A DNA stretch of 64,000 nucleotides, taken from assembly GCF_006345805.1 (NCBI RefSeq), contig NC_043020.1, positions 21,080,001 through 21,144,000 of the forward strand, written 5' to 3'. Position 1 is the first letter of the stretch. The number at the start of each line of letters is the position of its first letter. Positions 53,640 to 64,000 of the stretch are shown here, one piece after another. This stretch comes from Octopus sinensis (lineage: Eukaryota). The notes under the pieces were generated by a model. That model was not told where the DNA came from and did not search any database. It saw only the letters and a program-made list of their open reading frames with translations. Position numbers and translations under genes: made by a program.

Positions 53640-56600
53640 TTAAATGCAGAAGGCATCACAACAGTGATGAAGACATTGGTTTCATCATAAACCAGCAAAG
53701 ATCGCTGAGAGCATCAGCAGTAACCATCATAGAGCTGCACTTCGCAGATGATACAGCACTCATATCTAATGAAATCAAGCTCAACAGCTGCTTAGCAGAG
53801 TAGAAACATCAGCTGCTAGAATAGGACTGAACAGAAATGTCAAGAGAACAGAATACATGTCTTTCAACCAATCAAGTGACGCTGAACTGTTTGCTTTGTG
53901 CAGTTCCAAATTGAATGTTGCTGAAGTACTTAGGTGGTTGGGTGAGCAGTTCAGAAGCAGACATCAAGATCAGGAAGGCACAAGCATGGACAACCTGTCA
54001 TAAACTAAAGGAAATGTGGAACTCCAAATTGTCCAGGTAACTCAAAATCAAGCTGTTCATTGTAACTATCAAATCAGTGCTATTATATGGCAGTGGAACA
54101 TGGACATTGACAAAGAACCTATCAAACGGGCTAAATGGATGCTACGAATGGCTCTAAATATGAAATGGCAGCAACATATGACAAACACATGTCTATAGAA
54201 ACCGGCTGGAATTTAGTGAGATGATCAGGCACAAATGGCTTCTTCGCCAGATACAGGGTCCTGTCCACACCCAAGTAATGCATAGCATGCAGTCTCTTCA
54301 GTTCAGAGTCATCTAACCGACACGCTGCAGCTATCCCTTTCTGTCCCTCCTCCGGTTCCTCCAACCACGCCCTTCTCACCCTGGTCAGTGCATCCGCCCT
54401 GTTTTTCTCCGAAGGCACGAAAACCACGTTCAGCTTCAGTCCGAACTCGGCGATCAATTCACCTAGAACTAGACAGTGCTTCACCAACATCTCCGTGGCA
54501 CCTTTCGCCCAAACTCTCCTCTCACCGGTGATCACTGATCCTACCCAGCCAAGCACAGTGGCTGAATCCGTTTGGATTTCGATTGAGCACAGCCTCCATT
54601 TCAGGGCCAAGTTCACCCCTTTCAGCACCGCGTCTAATTTGGCGACATTGATGTGGTTAAAGTCATCTGCTTTCCAAAGCCAGGCCTCGTCCTCCACTGC
54701 AGTGCCTTCGATCTCCAACACAAACCCTATCGTTATACTGCTAGCATCACACCAGACGGTCCCGCATTCCGTCTTGGGCACATACCAGTTCCTCTTGACT
54801 GGGTCTTCCGCTCTCGTCCTCTTTAGGATTTCCTGCATCATCGCCACCGTCCCTTCTCCCACCTTGTCGCCCCAACTCTCCCCATCCACTCGTCTCTTGG
54901 TGTAACTGCATGCCGTGCGCAGCCATCCAGCGATCGGGTAGTGACCGACCAACTTCCCACACACCGAAAACAGCACTCTCCTGCTGATGCTGGAACTCAG
55001 CTCTGGAATTTCATTCCATCTCCAGAACACCAACTCACCCGATCTATCTCTTCACAGCTTCAGCCCCAGTCCAGCTCCTCCTTCCATCGACTCCTGTGGC
55101 TTCGCAATCAGTCCAAACTTCTCCAGATGTCTCACTACCTCATTGGCTGGCACTACAGTTTTGTCCACCAAAATGTCATCTATGTAGGAACTGGTAGCCT
55201 TTCTAATCTTGTCGTCTTTTCTTAGGACGGACTTAAGCATTGCTGCCATGATCTTTGGAACTGAATTCAACCCGAAACCTAGCCCGGTTAAACAGTTCGT
55301 CCGGTCCTAGTACAACAGCTGATATCGTCACAGTTTGTCGCTCACATGGAGCTGCAAGTATGCTGATTTCAAGTTGACAATTGTTGCTGCCCTGGTCAAC
55401 TGTCTCCACGCATGTAGCATCTCACCACAAACGTCTGACGCCTTGCCTTCCGTGTGGAACGATATATGCTCGTTTAGCTCTCTGAAGTACAGCACCGGTC
55501 TCACTTTTCCCTCGTCGGCTGCACCACCTCCATCAGGGATAGCAATCCGCCCACTACCTCCTCCTTCCACAGGACAAGGACCCCTTCCTCGACCAACCTC
55601 TCCACCTCGTCTTCAAACTCGACCCTGGCGTGACCTTTCAGGGTATGCTGGTAGCAGCTCAGTCTGTTTTTCAGCATCGGGGGCTCGTCCTTCCGTCACC
55701 ACTCTATTGTCCACCACTGACCATCGAATGCCGCCTGAAAATCTTTGTCCTCAATGGTGTAAGTGGGGCAGCCCCTCGTGGAGCTCTGTTCTCTCTGGCG
55801 ATCCTGACTCACAGCGTACGACGCTCTCACACCACTATCTCTACATTGCCGCTGCCTTTGCAACAGATTTCGCTGCCATCGACCACCCAGATGCTACTTG
55901 CCCCATTCCATTCCACTTCATCGTCACCCTTGAAATCACAAGGATGGTCATGCAACCCGTATCCATGAGGGCCTTGAACGTCTTCCCCTCAGCCTCGACA
56001 TCTATTAAGAGCAGCGTCTCCAAAAGCACCTCTATTCGTTTGCGGGGAAAGTTCAAGAGGCAGCAACTTCCCCATGGTCATTTCCCTGGTCACAATCACG
56101 GGTGATGTGCCCTGTCTGTCTGCATTGATAGCAGACAGGCCCTGGTTGCGTACACTCCCTTCCCATGTGCAACCCCTGACATCTAAAACACCGGCCTGAG
56201 AATGTCCACTGTCGTTGCACGGTAGGCTTCTTCCCGTCCTTCTCTGGCCGTTGGCCGTCTTTTTGTGCCTCCATTACCACCATCGCTATCGCCTTCCATC
56301 CAGTGTTTCACATCAACACGTGGACTTGAGTCACAAGTTCGCTCAGCGCCTTCTTTTTTCCCCCATGCAATTGCTGCAGTCGAATCCCTATGTCATCCGG
56401 GAACCCACTTACGAATGCCAGTTGCGCTGCTCTCTCCAGCCCTTCTCCTGTAAACCCAGCCAGCATGGCTAACCTTCGAACTTCCGCCGCATATTCATCC
56501 ACCTGTTCTCCCGTCCATCTAATCGTGTCCAGCTTAACAAAGTCTGTGTACTCACTCTCGGTGTAAGCATCTCTCAGACGTTGCTCAATCTTCTCCTCAT

Positions 56601-57320
56601 CCAGACATTCTTCTTTGTCCATCTCAAGATATAGTCAACACACTCCCTTACAAATACAGTGCCATAAGGCTCGCCACGTCGTTAATTCCTAGCAGTCTTG
56701 CCACAAACCTGATTTTACACATCCAGGCCACTACATCGCTGGCGATCCTGATTTTAGCTGCCATCGTGGTGATGTCTTATATGGAGTGCCGAAATAGCTT
56801 GTGGTATATGCGGTAGATTTGAAATAAGGACACCTACCTTCTCTTCGTCGATGCAGACCTCTCCAGTGGTAATGCACCCTTCCATGTGGCCCGACCCGAA
56901 CGCTAGAAATAGCAGCTGCTTTTCCCCTACCTTGACAAAGCGCTCACACGTCCAACTCTGTCGGCTACCCCAATCAAAAAGGGCCAATGCTCCCCTGCTT
57001 GCGTGCACGTCACTCCTGCCCCTTCATCTTCCAGTCAGCTCCCCAACTGCTGACATCATCCCACAATGATCAGGCACAAATGGCTACAACTATCTGGTCA
57101 CTGTGTGCACCACCCTGAGATGGAAGCATCAAAAATTAGTCTTCTTGAACCCACTTCATGGCGATGTAAGAAGAAGAAAATGTCATCACACATTGACAAC
57201 TTGATTGTAGACACTGGCCTGGAATATATCCAGGAATTGAAGCAGTGATGATGAACTGAGAAGTGTGGTGGATAGGTTTTTGTTGCTGCAGTCCAGGTTG
57301 GAACCTGGCCATAATAATGG
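53640..57320 (+). mobile_element. RTE LINE fragment (53640-54240 plus 57066-57320) interrupted by the truncated gypsy copy
   Basis: LHFADDTAL; the frame RNRLEFSEMIRHKWL|QLSGHCVHHPEMEASK is continuous once the insert and one TSD copy are removed. Confidence 0.85.
54241..57065 (-). mobile_element. 3'-truncated Ty3/gypsy relative of 14726-18817 (5' LTR, gag, PR, RT, RH, start of IN)
   Basis: LTR 56800-57065 (TGTGGGATG..CCACA), PBS 56788-56799. Homology stops at the IN codons LYLAK (54241). Flanked by the 20-bp direct repeat ATGATCAGGCACAAATGGCT. Confidence 0.92.
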
Positions 57321-58789
57321 TAATTATCATTGCATTGTGGGCATTTGATGCAGTAGAGGAGATTTTTTTGGTTTGAAAATCATATTTGCATTCACTTTAA
57401 ATTCTTTCTCATTCTTCAATGTTTTGGTTGTTCCACATTCAGTCATTTCACATGTCCACAAGAAGGGTCTCCACAGTTGGCTACCTACATTATTTCTTTC
57501 TCTGATGTGAATCACAACTCTGTCTCAGAAATCCCTGACCCCAACTAATTTTTATAGATCCTCAAATGTAGTTGAGTGCTCTTTGTTCTCTATGGGAACA
57601 CAGAAATACCCCAAATATAGCATTGAATATGGATTGGTGTTCAGTACAATAGCTGTACCACTGCTATTGTGCAAGTCTGAACATACTTGATGTAATGAGT
57701 CAAGAAATACTAATCAAAATTGTACCTTTGCTGAAGAGAAAGAAGCAAAGGTCAAAGGTAGCAAAGGAGACAGCTGAAGTTGTATATGTGGAATTTCAGA
57801 AATACCCAACCTAAACATTAGTGCTTGAAAAAGAAAAAGTAAAAAAAGTAAACAACAAATGTGAAAATCATTAAATAAATTGAACACGAAAATTAAGAAA
57901 CGAATAGAAAAATACTTTGGTATTTAGAATGTTGTGGATGAAATTGTTTTTGGCTTTTTTCTTGTGTTAAAACCTGAAATTGCTGACATTGATTTTACAG
58001 CATCTGCTACAGTTGTTCCTCTACACCACCACCACTACTGAAAATACTCACTCTCTGTACACAACCATCTACTGTGTTCCCACTCAACATACATAGACAC
58101 ACACACACAGCAGCTTCATCCCCACACACACACATGTCCACTCGTCCCCTCACATACACACTATGCTTCTCCATCACATCAACATTAACAACACTGTAAA
58201 TAACAACCATGCTAGAAATTTTTTCCAACTTGAAATTCTGTAAACATCTTCCAGTGCACCAACACATGCACACACACACCTGTACACTCTCTCTTTTACA
58301 CACACACACACACACGCACACACACACATGCATGCATGCACTACTGCTGTTGTTACAACAAATATTACTACCACTACTACTATCAACCACAACATCACAT
58401 GACAATCACAAATTCCCCCATCGCCACTACATTTCCACTACTTCTGAAACTGCTATCACTACCCACCAAATCCTTCATAAACCAATTTGGATTCCTACTT
58501 GTATCCTTTGCACATATGAAAAAAAAAAAACTATGCATGTGTGTGTGTATTTCTGTACATGTGTGTATGTGTGTGCATTCACTTTTACACATGTGTATCT
58601 ATGCCTGTATGTGTCTCTGCTGTTTACTCCTATAGAATGAAGGCCCAGACAATGAGGGTATATATCACTAACAGAAAAGATAAATGCTAAATGTGCTCTC
58701 TCTTTTACAATTTGACACTTGGAGTTCATTTTCCACACAAAATATTAGCTAACTATAGGAGAAAAGAGAGACACAGCAGCACTGGAATT

Positions 58790-59736
58790 TTCGCTGATAA
58801 CTCTAAGCTTCTGAAAGTTGTTGACAGGGCAGGAGACTGGACTAATCTCCAGTCAAATCTGCTCACTGTTATCTGATGGGTGAGAAAACACAATATGCAG
58901 CTAAATGAGAATAAATTTGAATTAATCCACATCAGCAAAGAGGCTTCACTTACGCTACTATATACACTCTTCCCTCAGGTGAAAACTTCATGGCATCAAA
59001 CACTGCTAGGAATCTCAGAGTAACCATCAACAACAACTTAAGCTGGGGTGCTTACATAACAAAGTTGACATGGCCTGTAAGGCATACTCCTGGATGTTTT
59101 CGGTCTAGAGATGCTTCTACCATTATCCTTCTCTTCTCCACCTTCACTCATCCTCATCTTGAATATTGTTGTCCACTGTAGTCTCCCTATATGAACCAAA
59201 ATATTATACAAATTGAAGTGCCCCTAAAATTGATCACAAGAAAAATAGACAGCATGGCAGGTCTTGATTATTTGGATCATCTTAAACTTAAACTTTATTC
59301 CCTCCAACGCCACCATGAGTGCTTTATCATTTGTATGATGTGGAAAGTATCTGGCAGCATTTTCCAAATGTTGCTGGCATCAACTTTCAAATTCACCCAA
59401 GGCTGGTCTCTATGCAAAAATCATAGTTGCATCACAGCACTTGATAGAACTATTTCATTTAAACTGCTCCTACTCTCTGTAGCATCATCAAGAACCATAA
59501 GAGATAGAAAAGATCTCAAAACATTCAAATAGTTCCTGAATGAATCTCTCCTATAAAATCCAGATAGACCACCTACACTTAGCTATATCTGCTAACAATA
59601 ACTAATTACTTGAATGGGCTCTGGTGTCCAGAGAATGACTAATGTGAAGCATCATTAAATGTCCTTCATTGTTAGTATTAAGTTAGCCATAGCCTGGGCC
59701 AATTTTGTCCCAAACTTTTCTAAGTATTCTAAGTAT
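58790..59736 (+). mobile_element. 5'-truncated CR1-clade LINE, degraded
   Basis: IFADNSKLL; RNLRVTINNNLSW; HPHLEYCCPL; LKLYSLQRHHE; tail (CTAAGTATT)n. Confidence 0.82.
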
Positions 59737-59904
59737 ATATGTAGACACTCATTATGTAGATATAACTTGAAGCTATAGGAGAGGAGTCTTGCCCAAGTTG
59801 CTATGCAGTGGGACCAAACCAAGAACTGCATAATATAAAGCAGATTTTTTAATTATAAAATGATGCCTGCACTGAACCCCTGCATAGATACAACTTTTTC
59901 TCGG

Positions 59905-61920
59905 TAGGCAACAATGAAGGGACAAGGCTGCTGAAGTTTTGTGATGCTCATGGCTTACTGGTCTGCAAGACTAATTTCAGTAAACCTGCCAACCATCTGA
60001 ACACTTATCAATGGATGGGGCACACCAGCCAGACTGACTACATCCTCACCAAACACATGGATAGATATATGCTTGTAAATGCAAAATCTTTCCAACTCAA
60101 CACAAGCTAGTGGTTAGTGACTTCAGGCTTAGAGCCCAAAAGATGCAAGCCAATATGGAAAAGGAGGCTGTGGAAATTCAAAGATCCTTCAAACAGGCAG
60201 AGATTTAGCGATGTCCTCAATGAGGCCTCTGATGAGAAGGAGGATAGAGCCACATGACATAGAGAACAACTGAAAGTTCCTATAGGACAATCTACTAAGG
60301 GTATCAGACCAAATTTGTGGTTGGAGCAAAGCCTCTGCCAGACCAAGTATGATGTGGTGATGGAACAGTGATGTTGACAGGGCCATAAAAGAGAAGAAAC
60401 AAGTCTGGACAGACTGGAAAACAGGGGATAGTAAAGAATCATATCAGAAAGCTAAAAGGGAGGTGAGATGTCAGGTTTATCTAGTTAGAGTAGAAGCAGA
60501 AAAGAAGAGATCTGTCAATGTCCTACAGTGTGAAGATCAGAGGCTTGAAGTGTTCCAGATTGCTAGACAGTGTGTCAGTGAGAATAAAGATATTGTAGGA
60601 GAGAAGTGTGTGTGGATGGATAATGGTCTGCTTGCAATTAGTAATGTGGATGAGAAAGAGATGTGGAAAGTTACTATGCAAGACTGTTGAATGTAGAAAA
60701 TGAATAGAATAAAGGGAATTTCCCTCATGTGAAACCAACAGAGACCAGCTATCATAGTGGACAGTAGTATGATAGATAAGGCAATTAAAAATATGAAAAC
60801 TGGGAAAGCCCCTGGTCCATCTGGCTGAAATGCTCAAAATATCTGGTATGGTAAGATATGGGCTTGTCACCCGCATAGTTAATCAGGTCATTCAGGAAGG
60901 TGTTATACCCTGTGGCGGATGTAGCAGCATTATTGTTAGCTGCTACAAGTATAAGGGTGATGCCTTAGACAGAAGCGATTATAGAGGCATCAAACTCTTG
61001 GACCAGGTGATGAGAATTACAGAGCAAGTTATTGCCCAATTAATTAGGAGCAGAATTAGGGTAAACAAAATATAGTTTGGCTTTATCTGGGGGAGGAGAA
61101 GCACTACTGACATAGTCAGGCAACTGAAAGAGAAGTACATAGCTAAGAATAAACCATTATACTTGGAATTCACTGATCTAGAGAAAACCTTCAATAGAGT
61201 ACCCTGCTGTGTGATATGGTGGGGTCTGAGGAGGCTAGGGATAGACAAGTGGCTAGTGAAATCTATACGGGCCATGTACAATGATGCTGTCAGTAAGGTG
61301 AGAGTTAACCATGAGTAGAGCGAAGAATTTGGTGTACAGGAAGGGGTTCATCAGGGCTTACTCTTCAGTCTCCTCCTTTTCATCATTGTCCTCCAGACTA
61401 TAACAGAGGGATTCAAGACCAGCAGCCCCTGGAAACTACTATATGCTGATGATATTGTCCTCATATCAGATTCCTTACAGAGCTTGAAGAGAAATTCCAG
61501 GTGTGGAAGCAAAACCTGGAATCTAAGGGCCTTAAGGTTAACTGACCTGATTAAGCAAGAAAACAAACAGGACCATACCTGCTTCAGGTTAGAGGCCCTG
61601 CTTGATTTGTAGGAAAGGTGTAGGTAGGAACTCCATGTGGTGTATCCAGTGTAAGTTATGGCCACACAATGGGTGCAGTGTGTTAATAGGAAGGTAGTGT
61701 TCATATGTGGAAGATGCACAGGATCTATAAAAACTATAGAAACTTGGAAAATTGATTCTCTCAAATACCCTGGTGGTTCATTAGAGGTAGTAGATAATTT
61801 CTGCTACCTTGGGGATCAAATTAGTTGTGAGGGAGAATACACAGAGAGTATGATAGCTAAAATAAGAATAGGGTAGAGGAAATTCAGAGAGCTGTTACCT
61901 CTGTTAGCTACAAAAGATTT
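59905..61920 (+). mobile_element. RTE-clade LINE, degraded APE end to RT
   Basis: YKGDALDRSDYRGIKLL; FTDLEKTFNRVP; VHQGLLFSLLLFIIV; LLYADDIV; LEVVDNFCYLGD. Confidence 0.85.
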
Positions 61921-62339
61921 CTGTCACTCAAGATGTTATTAAATCATTTATATCTTCATATGTTTTGATGGATGCATCCAAAATATGTCTGACAGGTCAG
62001 CTATACATAAATCTCTTCAGGGAGGATATAAAAAACAGTACTCATCAAATAGACATTTTAACAGATATATGAAGCTTCAGAAAATGTGACGTATATATAT
62101 GCATATGCAAACATGCACACATATATGCAACATGTGTTTAGATTAAACATATATTTTTTACAAATATTACATATATACATATAAACACACACATTGATAC
62201 ATACATATATATGCACATACATACATGCATACGCAAACCCATATATATATATACACATATATACATATACACCAACACCATATGAGACTAGGTTTTTCCA
62301 ACACCTACAATATTTTACAAATTGTAGCATCACATAACA

Positions 62340-62830
62340 GCTGTGTTCTAAGAGGTTACAGTGTCTCTCCTAATAACCCTAGCAACTTTAATTAAGTTTA
62401 CAATAATATTAACGATAATCTCTCCTTAAATCATAATATCAATGAAACTAAGCCTTGCAATTGTGGTCCTCATATAGTCTGTGTCCGAAATGGAAACTGG
62501 AGAATTAAGAATGCCATGTACCAGTACAAGATTACCTCTTGTAACAAGGAATATTTTTATATAGGATTCTCCTCTACAGAACTGAAATTGAGACTGGCTA
62601 ACCATTTCTCTACCTTCAAATACAATCGTAAGTGTAATTCCACAGGGCTTAGTAAACTAATCTGGCACCTTAAGGACTCTAACAAGCTTTTTTCTTTAGG
62701 CTGGAAAATTTTATTTTCATCATTTCCCTATGACAAAGGGAAACCTTTGCACAGAGGAACAAAATTTACAATACTGTTTTCCAAACATAATCTGGTGAAC
62801 ACATTTATGGAGTGAGTTTACAGATGTAAA
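62340..62830 (+). mobile_element. Penelope-like GIY-YIG endonuclease fragment
   Basis: KPCNCG..C..NG..NAMYQYKI..YFYIGFSSTELKLRLANHFSTFK..STGLSKLIWHLK..WKIL..PY. Confidence 0.8.
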
Positions 62831-64000
62831 TACTGGAAAAAACACACCTTCGTTCTTTTTTCAAATAGTATCTACCTAACAATAATTTCTGCAAATTATC
62901 CTTTATGTTTTCTTTATTATTTATCCTTACTTCCAATAACCTTTATTCCTCCATTCATTTTTTTCCCATCTTTTATAAAATCCAATTTTGCCCGCTCCTC
63001 TCCCTCACTCTCTTTTAACTTTGTTTTAATTTTTCCCCCCTCCCTATTCACCTATGCCTTCTCTTCTCTTACCTTATGAAGTATATTTCCTTAATGGCAT
63101 TTTCAAATTTTAGCATTCCCTTCAATACTTAGCTTTCCATATATGTATATGCGTGTTTATCTGGTTTTGTCCCTGTATGTATGCTATGTTAGTGCTATGT
63201 GTGTATGTGCTTATCTAAGCATATGTCAGTGTATGTAAGTATGCGTTTAGATGTATTGCGTTTTTTTTTGGATGTGTATGCTCCTGTATGTGTAAGTGTA
63301 CTTATGTATGTAAGTACGTAGTCATATATGTCTATTAATGTTAGCATATGTATATATGTATATGTTGTGAGTATATATATGTGTGTAGATGTGTTTGTAT
63401 GTATGTGTGTATGCATGTGTGTATGTATATATGTGTATGTTTGTGTGTATATGTATATATATATATATATATATGTGTATATATATATCAGCATATACAT
63501 GAGCATGGCCACAGCTCTGAGCTGGAACCAAAAAAAATGTATATGTACATATATTTATGTGTGGATGTATATATATGTACATGCGTATATGTGCCCTTCT
63601 ACACGTGTATGTGTATAAATGTATATATAGAAATATATATGTTTGTATGGGTATATGTATGTATATATGTATCCATATGTATGTGTGTGTGTGTATATGT
63701 ATATATATATGTATATATATATATATGTATATATATATATGTATATATATATATATGTGTGTATGTATGTATGTGCATATGTATATATGTATATATATAT
63801 ATATATAATAAAATATTAGGGAATAAATCCAAACTTACAGGGAAAAAATCAGATTTAGGATTAATTCCAATTTTATAGTATAAATATATTATATTATATT
63901 ATATTATATTAAATTAGAGATAAAACCACTATTAGGCAAATCAAACAGTGAAAAACATAAGCCAATACATAAAATTAATTTAATTTATATTATTTTAAAT

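Overview
This is eukaryotic, microsatellite-rich DNA made almost entirely of transposable elements and their remnants. The SINE families resemble those I recall from octopus or other coleoid cephalopods (inference). No host protein-coding gene could be confidently identified, and most short ORFs in the track are microsatellite artefacts. Main contents: Penelope-like fragments, two of them inverted termini carrying minimal hammerhead ribozymes; a near full-length R4/Dong LINE inside a (TAA)n/(TGA)n tract; a complete 4.1-kb Ty3/gypsy element (14726-18817, 5-bp TSD CTGTT) plus a truncated relative (54241-57065); a Tx1/L1-clade LINE; many RTE and CR1 fragments; Tc1/mariner, pogo, Chapaev3-like and Helitron remnants; and several SINE families. 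Most striking signals: (1) both gypsy copies have a primer-binding site that is the exact complement of nt 1-12 at the 5' end of tRNA-Phe, not of a tRNA 3' CCA end; (2) Tx1-type 3' ends join the same nucleotide of a SINE twice, with a 119-bp SINE segment repeated; (3) the truncated gypsy copy is flanked by a 20-bp target duplication; (4) CpG content drops sharply at about 35.1 kb, suggesting a methylated gene body. All alignments and folds were done by eye, and coordinates of degraded elements are approximate.
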